A stretch of DNA of 64,000 nt from an uncultured Candidatus Saccharibacteria bacterium (GTDB lineage Bacteria; Patescibacteriota; Minisyncoccia; Phycocordibacterales; Phycocordibacteraceae). The notes under the pieces were generated by a model. The model was not told the origin of the DNA and ran no database searches. It saw nothing but the letters and a program-made list of their open reading frames with translations. Location of the stretch: positions 35,059 through 99,058 of the forward strand of contig CAZWLE010000004.1 in assembly GCA_964634305.1 (NCBI GenBank). Direction: 5' to 3'. Position numbers and translations under genes: made by a program. Positions 56,185-64,000 of this stretch are shown piece after piece. The stretch's first letter is position 1. The number at the start of each line of letters is the position of its first letter.

Positions 56185-58056
56185 ATGCCTGGTACTGAAG
56201 AAGACCCGCTTGAGCGGCTGCGCAGAAAGCTGTACGGAAATAAGGCGGTATCACGTACGCCTGAAGCCGGATTGTCTTCCGTGCAGCCTGGCGCTCCTGA
56301 ACGCTGGAGTGTGCCGCAGCCGGTGCCTGCCGCGCCGCGCAAAATTTCTGGACCCGCACTCTTTCTCGGGATTGCGGTCGGAGTGTTTATCATCGCGGGC
56401 ATTATCTCTGCCGTAACGCTCTATCTTGGGGGTCGTTCCGTGTCTGCCGACCGTGTCGCGATTGCGGTTGAAGGTCCAACAACGGTTGCAGGTGCTGAAG
56501 CGGTGTCGCTCTTGGTCACCATTAAAAACGATAATCCTGTGGCGATTACCGACGTGAGCATGACGCTCATGTTTCCGGACGGCACCACCGAAGCAGGGGA
56601 CACGTCGGTAGCACTCGCGCAGCACACTGAATCACTCGGTGATATCGCCCCCGGAGAAACGGTACGCAGGACGGTGCGCGCTACATTCTTTGGTACGGAA
56701 AATCAGAACGTGAGCATTCCTATTACCGTTGAATACCGGACGAGCAACTCAAACGCGGTGTTTGTGAAGAAGGATACGTATGCGTTTACGATTTCAACTT
56801 CTCCGGTGGGACTTTCAATCACTACACTTTCCGAAGTCATCTCAGGGCAATCTATGACACTCACCGTGCTCGTTCGTTCTAATGCGTCGGCGCCGCTCGA
56901 GAATGTGGCCGTGCGTGCTACGTATCCCCAAGGATTTGTGCCGCAGAGCACGACACCTGAAGCCATACAGGGAAATCTTTTTGTGCTGGGGACGCTACAG
57001 GAAGGCGAAGAACGAGAGATACGGGTGACGGGTACACTTTTAGGACAAGATGGTGATGAGCGCGTATTTCGATTTGAGAGTGGCGCACTTCGCTCCGAGA
57101 GTTCACGCGAGATAGCAACGCCGTACACCGAAAAAGATGCACCGGTTACGGTCGTAAAACCGTTCTTTGCCGTCAATCTCTCGTTAAATGGTAGTAACGA
57201 GCAAGAGGTAGTTGTTGAGGGTGGCGAGCAAGTCTCAGGCTCCGTGCGATGGACGAATGCGCTCTCGTCAGCCATTCGTGACGGTGCCATTTCTATCGCG
57301 CTCTCCGGTGAGGCGCTTGATACCGGTACGATAGTAGCCACCAACGGGTTCTATCGTTCTGCGGACAAAACGATTCGCTATGACCGCGATACCACCCAAG
57401 GCCTCGACCTTCTTAATCCGGGCGACACCGGAAACGGCACGTTCTCATTTATGGTGAAAGACGCTGACGCATTACGTGCGCTCCGTAACCCAACTATTAC
57501 GCTTACCATCTCCGTCGCAGGGCGTCGTATCGGTGAGAACAATGTAGCTGAGAGTGTGAACTCAACTTTGGTACGTACGCTTAAGGTGGCGACTGACGTC
57601 TCCTTTGAAATGGATGCGGTACGTACGGTTGGCCCGTACGAAAACACGGGACCCTGGCCGCCACGTGCTGAAACCGAGAGCACCTATACCATTCGTCTCT
57701 CTGCTGCTAATACCGTGAACTCAGTCGCACGCACGGCTGCAAAAATGACGCTCCCGTCCTATGTTCGCTTTACCGGCAAAAGTGATGCCGGCATTACCTA
57801 CAACGAATCGACTCGTGAGGTCACGTGGACGGTAGGCGACCTTGCGCCAGCCGGCTCAAAAGCAGCTGCCTTCCAGGTCGCGCTCTTGCCGAGTGCGTCG
57901 CAGCAAGGTACAACTCCCGTACTGGTCTCTGGTGCCGTACTTACCGGGTTCGACCGATTTGTGCAGGAGGATGTGCAAGACACTGCTCCCTCGGTCGACA
58001 CTGCGATAAGTGAGGACCCGGCGTATTCGTCCGGAAAGGGGACCGTCACTCCATGA
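56185..58056 (+). CDS. Membrane-anchored multi-Ig (DUF11-like) surface protein
   Basis: One TM, then repeated N......V.....P...G.L.PG beta-sandwich units. Confidence 0.75.
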   Translation: MPGTEEDPLERLRRKLYGNKAVSRTPEAGLSSVQPGAPERWSVPQPVPAAPRKISGPALFLGIAVGVFIIAGIISAVTLYLGGRSVSADRVAIAVEGPTTVAGAEAVSLLVTIKNDNPVAITDVSMTLMFPDGTTEAGDTSVALAQHTESLGDIAPGETVRRTVRATFFGTENQNVSIPITVEYRTSNSNAVFVKKDTYAFTISTSPVGLSITTLSEVISGQSMTLTVLVRSNASAPLENVAVRATYPQGFVPQSTTPEAIQGNLFVLGTLQEGEEREIRVTGTLLGQDGDERVFRFESGALRSESSREIATPYTEKDAPVTVVKPFFAVNLSLNGSNEQEVVVEGGEQVSGSVRWTNALSSAIRDGAISIALSGEALDTGTIVATNGFYRSADKTIRYDRDTTQGLDLLNPGDTGNGTFSFMVKDADALRALRNPTITLTISVAGRRIGENNVAESVNSTLVRTLKVATDVSFEMDAVRTVGPYENTGPWPPRAETESTYTIRLSAANTVNSVARTAAKMTLPSYVRFTGKSDAGITYNESTREVTWTVGDLAPAGSKAAAFQVALLPSASQQGTTPVLVSGAVLTGFDRFVQEDVQDTAPSVDTAISEDPAYSSGKGTVTP

Positions 58057-59384
58057 CACACGACATACCAACGCTTGAAGATATTGTCTCGCTCGCAAAG
58101 CGACGCGGCTTTATTTATCCCGGCTCCGATATCTACGGTGGCCTTGCGGGTACCTATGACTACGGTCCACTTGGTGTTGCACTGAAGGATAAGGTGAAGC
58201 GTCTTTGGTGGCGCACCTTTGTCGAAGACCCGGAAAACATGTACGGCGTCGACGCAGCGATTCTCATGAATCCAAAGGCATGGGAAGCGTCCGGCCATGT
58301 CTCTGGTTTTAACGACCCTATGGTTGAGTGCTCTGCTTGTAAGAACCGCTTCCGTACTGACCATGTCGAAGATCTTTCGACGTGTCCGTCCTGCAAGAAG
58401 AAGGGAACCCTTGGCGAGTCTCGTCAGTTCAACATGATGTTCCGCACCCAGGCAGGTGCATCAGAGAGCGAGAGCGCGCTCGTATACCTTCGTCCGGAAA
58501 CGGCCGGCGGTATGTTCGTGAATTTCAAAAACATTCTCGACAGCTTCCATCCAAAGATGCCGTTTGGTATGGCGCAGATTGGTAAGGCGTTTCGTAACGA
58601 GATTGCGCCACGTGACTTCACGTTCCGTGTTCGTGAGTTTGAGCAGATGGAAATTGAATACTTTGTTGACCCACGCGACGAGAAGGCGATAGACGCTTCT
58701 TTTGATGAGTGGCATGACGCACAGATGCGCTTCCTTAAGGCGGTAGGGGTCGATGCAGGGAAGCTTCATAAGATTGATGTGCCTGCTGAAGACCGCGCCC
58801 ACTACTCAAAGCGCAGTGTCGATATTGAGTTTGATTTCCCGTTTGGTCAGAAGGAGCTTCTCGGTCTTGCATACCGCACCGACTACGACCTTTCACGCCA
58901 CTCTGAATACTCAGGTACCTCACTCCATTACTTTGATGAAGCAACGGGCGATAAGTTCATCCCGCACGTTATTGAACCAACGTTTGGTCTTGACCGCCTT
59001 ATTCTCGCTATCCTTTGTTCTGCATACGCCGAAGACGGAGAAGGGGAGGACAAGCGTGTGTTCCTCAAGTTGCCGCCAGCAATCGCACCAATACGTGCAG
59101 CAGTATTCCCGCTCTTGAAGAACAAGCCAGAACTCGTTGCGAAGGCACGCGAGGTATACGCCGCACTCAAGGCTGCAGGTATTACGGTTGCATTTGATGA
59201 CAACGGTAACGTCGGTAAACGGTACCGTCGTCAGGACGAAATCGGTACGCCGCACTGCATCACTATCGACTTCGACACCCTTGGCGAGAATCCTGACCTT
59301 CTCGACACGGTCACGGTCCGTGACCGCGACACCGGTGAGCAGCAGCGTATTGTTATCGCTGAGCTCTCAACGCTCCTTCGCTAG
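58053..59384 (+). CDS. glyQS: Glycine--tRNA ligase (alpha2 type)
   Basis: KRRGF....IYGG, YLRPETA.G.F, FRNEI.PR.F.FR.REFEQME, VIEP.FG, GKRYRRQDEIGTP. Confidence 0.97.
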   Translation: MTHDIPTLEDIVSLAKRRGFIYPGSDIYGGLAGTYDYGPLGVALKDKVKRLWWRTFVEDPENMYGVDAAILMNPKAWEASGHVSGFNDPMVECSACKNRFRTDHVEDLSTCPSCKKKGTLGESRQFNMMFRTQAGASESESALVYLRPETAGGMFVNFKNILDSFHPKMPFGMAQIGKAFRNEIAPRDFTFRVREFEQMEIEYFVDPRDEKAIDASFDEWHDAQMRFLKAVGVDAGKLHKIDVPAEDRAHYSKRSVDIEFDFPFGQKELLGLAYRTDYDLSRHSEYSGTSLHYFDEATGDKFIPHVIEPTFGLDRLILAILCSAYAEDGEGEDKRVFLKLPPAIAPIRAAVFPLLKNKPELVAKAREVYAALKAAGITVAFDDNGNVGKRYRRQDEIGTPHCITIDFDTLGENPDLLDTVTVRDRDTGEQQRIVIAELSTLLR

Positions 59385-59387
59385 CGC

Positions 59388-59786
59388 ATGATGCACATTC
59401 CGTATGCACTTAATGCTTCTCCAATCCATGGAGTAGGCGTGTTCGCTACGACCGACCTCTCTAAGGGAACACTCCTGTATACGCCAAGTCCGCTTCTTGA
59501 TGTAAATCTAACGCAAGAAGAGTTTGATTCGCTCTCGGAAAACGAACAGAAAGAAGTGCAGTGGTGGGGGTTCTTTGATACAGCGACCAACCGCTGGCAT
59601 GTCGATTTTGACGTGACTCACTTTATAAATCACGCGACTAACGCCACGATTACCCAAGATACCGAGTCTAAAGAGACTCGTCTTATTGCTGCACGCGACA
59701 TTAAGGTAGGTGAGGAGCTGACGCAGAATTATCTTGAGTTTGAATCTGAGGAAGATTTGCGGCGTCGTGGCATAGTGCTCGAATAA
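59388..59786 (+). CDS. SET-domain protein (lysine methyltransferase fold)
   Basis: S.IHG.GVFA, FINH...., A.RDI..GEELT.NY. Confidence 0.9.
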   Translation: MMHIPYALNASPIHGVGVFATTDLSKGTLLYTPSPLLDVNLTQEEFDSLSENEQKEVQWWGFFDTATNRWHVDFDVTHFINHATNATITQDTESKETRLIAARDIKVGEELTQNYLEFESEEDLRRRGIVLE

Positions 59787-59821
59787 CCGCCGCTCTGCGG
59801 CGTTTGTGCTAGTATCCCCGT

Positions 59822-60841
59822 ATGGATAAAGGCCACTCAATCTCTATCTCAACGGGCACCATGGTACGTGTATTGGTTGTTGCTGCGGCTGCCTGGGCCC
59901 TCTGGCAGCTCTCGACCTTGGTACTGCTCCTTCTCTCTGCGGTGGTTATTGCCTCAGCGGTTGAGCCTGGTGTTGAGTTCTTCCTCAAGCGTCGCTTTCC
60001 TCGTGCACTCGCAGTTGTTTCAGTCTATGTGCTTGTGTTGCTCGTGCTTATCGCGCTCGTCTGGGCCTTTATACCGCCACTGCTCGCTGAAACGGTAGCC
60101 GCGCTCGCTATTCTGCCGCAATACGTAAATCAAGTAGGTAATCTGCCGCTTCTCCAGGGTGTAGGGGTCGGACCGTCGACCCTCGACAACATTCTTTCGC
60201 TTCAGACGGCGTTTGCTGACACGGGTGCAGGTGTCTTCCGCTTCATTTCCTCTTTCTTCGGCGGTGTCTTCTACTTCCTACTCACCATTGTTATCTCTAT
60301 TTACTTCTCCTTGCAGGAGACGGGTGTCGATGACTTCCTTCGTCTTATCACGCCTGCCGAGCATCGTGAGTATGTGCAGAACCTCTGGAAGCGCTCCCAG
60401 AAGAAGATTGGTCTTTGGATGCAAGGTCAGCTATTGCTCTCGGTCATCATTACCGTGCTCCTCTATCTTCTCCTTTCCCTCGTTGGCGTTCCGTACGCAC
60501 TTCTCCTCGCTATCTTTGCTGGGGTCATGGAGCTCATACCGGTGTTTGGATCATTTGTTGCCGCAGTACCAGGTATTGTCGTAGCGCTTACGACGGGTGA
60601 CCTTACGCTTGTTGGTATCGTTGCGGCCATTTATCTCATCGTGAATCAGTTCCAGGCACACCTCATCTATCCATTGGTGGTTAAAAAGATTGTGGGTGTT
60701 CCGCCAATCCTTGTGATTATCGCCCTCATTGCTGGTGGTCAGCTCGCGGGCTTCCTTGGCGTCTTGCTTTCCGTGCCTATCGCAGCGTGCGTACAGGAGT
60801 TTGTGAACGACCTTCAGAAGCGTCGTGCTCCTGCTGCGTAG
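59822..60841 (+). CDS. AI-2E family transporter
   Basis: P.V......R..AV, W..GQ, E.IP..G, P......GG.L.G.LG.LL.VP. Confidence 0.92.
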   Translation: MDKGHSISISTGTMVRVLVVAAAAWALWQLSTLVLLLLSAVVIASAVEPGVEFFLKRRFPRALAVVSVYVLVLLVLIALVWAFIPPLLAETVAALAILPQYVNQVGNLPLLQGVGVGPSTLDNILSLQTAFADTGAGVFRFISSFFGGVFYFLLTIVISIYFSLQETGVDDFLRLITPAEHREYVQNLWKRSQKKIGLWMQGQLLLSVIITVLLYLLLSLVGVPYALLLAIFAGVMELIPVFGSFVAAVPGIVVALTTGDLTLVGIVAAIYLIVNQFQAHLIYPLVVKKIVGVPPILVIIALIAGGQLAGFLGVLLSVPIAACVQEFVNDLQKRRAPAA

Positions 60842-62278
60842 ATGAAGCGCTATCTCACCACTACGCTTCCGTATGTAAACGCCGACCCTCATATCGGCTT
60901 TGCGCTCGAGGTCGTCCAGGCTGATGCGCTCGCTCGCTCCTGGCGTGCGAAAGGTGATGATGTTTTCTATTTCCTTGGTACCGATGAGCATGGCCAGAAA
61001 ATCTTGCAGGCCGCAGAAAAGGAAGGGAAGCCAGTGAAAGAGTATGTCGACCACTACGCAAATGAAGTAACGAAGCTCGAAGCTGCGCTCCATCTCCAGC
61101 TCGATGGTCATGTGCGCACGACCGACGCTGCGCACTATGTCGCTGCACAGGAGATGTGGAAGCGCTGCGAAGCGGCCGGTGACATCTATAAAAAAACCTA
61201 CACTGGTCTCTATTGTGTGGGATGTGAAGCGTATAAAACGGAGAAGGAACTTGAAGACGGTAAATGTGTGTTGCACCCATCACTCACACCTGAGGAAATT
61301 GCGGAAGAAAATTATTTCTTCCGCTACTCAAAGTATGAGAAGCAGTTGCTCGCCTATCTTTCAAACGAACAATCCATCATCCCTGACTGGAGAAGGGAAG
61401 AGGCTATTAATTTTGTAAAAAACGGATTGGAGGATTTCAGTATTTCGCGTGAACAGCGTCGTCTTTCGTGGGGTGTTCCTGTACCAGGCGACGACAGTCA
61501 GGTGATGTACGTCTGGTTTGATGCGCTCACCAGTTACATCTCAGTACTCGGATGGCCCGAGGATGCAGAAGGACGGTTCCAGACGTTTTGGAATGAAGGA
61601 AAGGTCGTGCAGGTGGCGGGTAAAGACCAAGTACGCTTCCAGTCACTCATGTGGCAGGCGATGCTCTTCTCAGCAGGGATAAAGAATACCGACCAGGTGT
61701 TCTATCACGGCTTTATTAATTCCGGTGGGCAGCGCATGAGCAAATCACTCGGCAATGTTATTAGTCCGTACGAGCTGGTAAAGAAGTACGGTACCGATGC
61801 AACGCGCTACATGCTCCTTCGCCACGTGCACCCGGTTGAAGACTCAGATGTTACTTGGGAGCGTCTTGATGAGTGGTACACCGCAAATCTCGTTAATGGT
61901 CTCGGGAATCTTGTTGCGCGCGTGATGAAACTCGCAGAAGACAATCTTCCTGCACCGGTTGTCCTTACTGATGCTGACCTCACGGTTGAAGAAGCGTTTA
62001 ATACGAAGCTACAGGCATTTGCGTTCAACGAGGCAATGGACCTCGTGTTCGAGCACATAGGGAAGGGGGATGAATACATGACGACCAAGGAGCCGTACAA
62101 GAAAGTGAAAGTTGAAGAGACCAGAGCTGAAGGGGTGGCAGACATCGAGAAGCTCGTACGTCATCTGGCGAAGGTGGCCGTCCACCTTGGTCCTCTTATG
62201 CCAACCACTGCCGCCGCTATCATTGCTGCAGTAAAGGAAAACAAGAAGCCGGAGAATCTTTTCCCGCGGTTGGGATAA
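60842..62278 (+). CDS. metG: Methionine--tRNA ligase (no C-terminal tRNA-binding domain)
   Basis: YVNA.PHIG, GTDEHGQKI, YC..CE, WGVPVP, YVWFDAL, MSKSLGN, ends LFPR. Confidence 0.97.
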   Translation: MKRYLTTTLPYVNADPHIGFALEVVQADALARSWRAKGDDVFYFLGTDEHGQKILQAAEKEGKPVKEYVDHYANEVTKLEAALHLQLDGHVRTTDAAHYVAAQEMWKRCEAAGDIYKKTYTGLYCVGCEAYKTEKELEDGKCVLHPSLTPEEIAEENYFFRYSKYEKQLLAYLSNEQSIIPDWRREEAINFVKNGLEDFSISREQRRLSWGVPVPGDDSQVMYVWFDALTSYISVLGWPEDAEGRFQTFWNEGKVVQVAGKDQVRFQSLMWQAMLFSAGIKNTDQVFYHGFINSGGQRMSKSLGNVISPYELVKKYGTDATRYMLLRHVHPVEDSDVTWERLDEWYTANLVNGLGNLVARVMKLAEDNLPAPVVLTDADLTVEEAFNTKLQAFAFNEAMDLVFEHIGKGDEYMTTKEPYKKVKVEETRAEGVADIEKLVRHLAKVAVHLGPLMPTTAAAIIAAVKENKKPENLFPRLG

Positions 62279-62356
62279 ATATTGACTTTTCTTTCAAATA
62301 GTGCTTATATATTTCCGGGTATTGGTGTGGGTATTTTTAAACCTTAGGGGATTTAA

Positions 62357-62596
62357 ATGTCACACCACGAACACTACAGCCTGCGCGAACGCGTCAATCA
62401 ACGCGTGCGCTTCAACCAATGGTGGCGGGACGAGATTGCGTTCCCAAAACGCTGGGACGCAGCTCTCTCGCGGCACACCATTGACCATGCGCTCACGCAG
62501 CAGGCCGAGGTCATGCGGAATCCAGCCGGACGCGTCGCACACGGGCTTACTCCCGTGAGCCACGCGCTCGACCGGGTCATCGCAGGGCTCAAATAA
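62357..62596 (+). CDS. Small orphan protein (79 aa)
   Basis: AGGGGA SD, AT-rich upstream region with TTGACT, hairpin 62604-62636 downstream. Confidence 0.55.
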   Translation: MSHHEHYSLRERVNQRVRFNQWWRDEIAFPKRWDAALSRHTIDHALTQQAEVMRNPAGRVAHGLTPVSHALDRVIAGLK

Positions 62597-62658
62597 AAAG
62601 AAGGACCGCGCAAGGAGGAAACTCCAAGCGCGGTCTGCTTTTATGCTAGGGTAGCGAC

Positions 62659-63444
62659 ATGAAGTATTTTGATGCGCACTGCCACGTGCAGTTTGACGCG
62701 TATGACGAGGACCGTGACGCGGTACTGGCCTCGATGCGTGAGGCTGCGGTGGGTGGCGTTATCGTTGGTACTGACCGTACGACGTCACGCCTTGCGGTTA
62801 AGGCTGCTGACGGCGTTACGCTTTTTGCCTCTATTGGCCTGCATCCAAACGACAAGCCAGGCGAAGGATTTGATGATGCGTACTATGCGGCGCTTGCTAC
62901 AGACCCGAAGGTGGTGGCGATAGGGGAGTGTGGTCTTGATTATTTTCGTCCGGAGAATCCTGAGGCAGAGAAAGCACGCCAAAAGGACGTGTTTGCCCGT
63001 CACCTCGCGCTCGCAAAAAGCACCGATAAGCCACTCATCATTCACGCGCGTCCTTCAAAAGGGTCTATGGATGCGTACGAGGATGCGCTCGACATGATTG
63101 AAGCCGAAGGGGGGCTTTCGGGTGACTTTCACTTTTTTGTGGGTGACGTAGCAACCGCAAAGCGTATAGTGGCGCTTGGCTTTACCGTTTCGTACACGGC
63201 CGTTCTCACGTTCACGAACGATTATGACGAAGTGGTTCGTTCACTACCGCTTGAGAGCATGCTCGCGGAAACCGACGCGCCGTATGTCGCTCCAGCCCCA
63301 AATCGCGGAAAGCGGAATACGCCGCTGGCAACCATAGACGTCGTATCGGCGATAGCACGTATCAGAGGGGAAGATGAGGGCATGGTTCGAGAGACCCTCC
63401 TCCGGAACGCAGAACGCGTCTTCGGTATCTCGTTGCAGGGCTAA
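62659..63444 (+). CDS. tatD: TatD-family hydrolase
   Basis: DAHCH, G.HP, AIGECGLDY, IIH.R, ETDAPY.AP..RGKRN.P. Confidence 0.96.
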   Translation: MKYFDAHCHVQFDAYDEDRDAVLASMREAAVGGVIVGTDRTTSRLAVKAADGVTLFASIGLHPNDKPGEGFDDAYYAALATDPKVVAIGECGLDYFRPENPEAEKARQKDVFARHLALAKSTDKPLIIHARPSKGSMDAYEDALDMIEAEGGLSGDFHFFVGDVATAKRIVALGFTVSYTAVLTFTNDYDEVVRSLPLESMLAETDAPYVAPAPNRGKRNTPLATIDVVSAIARIRGEDEGMVRETLLRNAERVFGISLQG

Positions 63445-63470
63445 AGGCCCCATGCTAAGCTAGCCCCACT

Positions 63471-63962
63471 ATGGCTAAGAAGGATATTGAGGAGCGCGAT
63501 GGCGCCGAGACGGTAGACGCGGACCACGCTGAACAGCGTGTGTACGAGCTCGGGTTCCATATCGACGCTGACCTCCCAGCAGAGGAGGCAAAGAAGACCT
63601 ACCAGGCTATCCGTGGCGCTATTGCGGCTAAGGGTACGGTGGTTGCTGAGGGTGAGCCTCAGAAGATTCAGCTCGCCTACACCATTTCTCGCTCAGAGAG
63701 CGCAGGTCGCCGTGATTTTGATGCAAGCTTCTTTGCATGGGTAGCCTACGAGGCTGACGGTAAGGCACATGCAGCAGTACTGGAGATGATTCAGGAAGAG
63801 CGCCGCGTGTTCCGCTTTATCGACCTCCGCACTACCAAGGAAGAGGCCCAGCACTCCGCTGAGATGCACGAGCTCATGGCCAAGGCGAGCGTCGCCGAAG
63901 AGATCGAGCCGGAGGCGTCTGACGCAGAACTCGACGCCGCCCTCAAGGAGGCAGCCGTCTAA
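63471..63962 (+). CDS. rpsF: 30S ribosomal protein S6 with acidic extensions
   Basis: YEL.F.I...L, G.V......LAY.I, V.RF core. Confidence 0.85.
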   Translation: MAKKDIEERDGAETVDADHAEQRVYELGFHIDADLPAEEAKKTYQAIRGAIAAKGTVVAEGEPQKIQLAYTISRSESAGRRDFDASFFAWVAYEADGKAHAAVLEMIQEERRVFRFIDLRTTKEEAQHSAEMHELMAKASVAEEIEPEASDAELDAALKEAAV

Positions 63963-63970
63963 GACTCCTA

Positions 63971-63998
63971 CGAAAACCGCCCCAGAGGGCGGTTTTCG
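63971..63998 (+). terminator. rpsF terminator
   Basis: CGAAAACCGCCC-caga-GGGCGGTTTTCG. Confidence 0.75.
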
Positions 63999-64000
63999 CT

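Noticed and set aside
1-64000. Alternative genetic code 25 (TGA=Gly)
   Set aside because: Conserved genes read through intact under code 11 and several end in TGA with ATGA/GTGA overlaps (ruvX, pilN, ileS).

Overview
Chromosomal window from a small-genome Patescibacteria/CPR bacterium, most consistent with Parcubacteria. Evidence: secE-nusG-rplK terminated without rplA, alpha2-type GlyRS, type-2 IleRS, short YebC and CPR-type VirB4/pilin cluster; TGA is used as a stop, so genetic code 11. The window spans the probable replication origin (yidC-rnpA-rpmH <-> dnaA-oriC-dnaN). It contains a reduced T4SS-like cluster (VirB6-, PrgI/VirB3-, VirB4-, VirB2-like), scattered type IV pilus genes (pilB, pilMNO), dispersed ruvA/B/C, polA, holA, recO, PBP1A, murE, a Zur/ZIP zinc module, a complete thymidylate/folate-cycle cluster, four aminoacyl-tRNA synthetases and nine tRNAs. 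No CRISPR, integrase, transposase or rRNA was seen. The most notable signals are: (1) a -10 hexamer 6-9 nt before the ATG of more than 20 core genes, implying largely leaderless expression, while small orphan cassettes carry Shine-Dalgarno sites; (2) a near-perfect 28-bp palindrome from thyA start to tmk start that would act as one bidirectional leaderless promoter; (3) an unannotated ~150-nt rod-like RNA (6S-like) between ruvB and pilB; (4) a lone AT-rich SIR2-like gene directly after dnaN; (5) two microproteins missed by the ORF track. All family calls come from motif recognition, not database searches.
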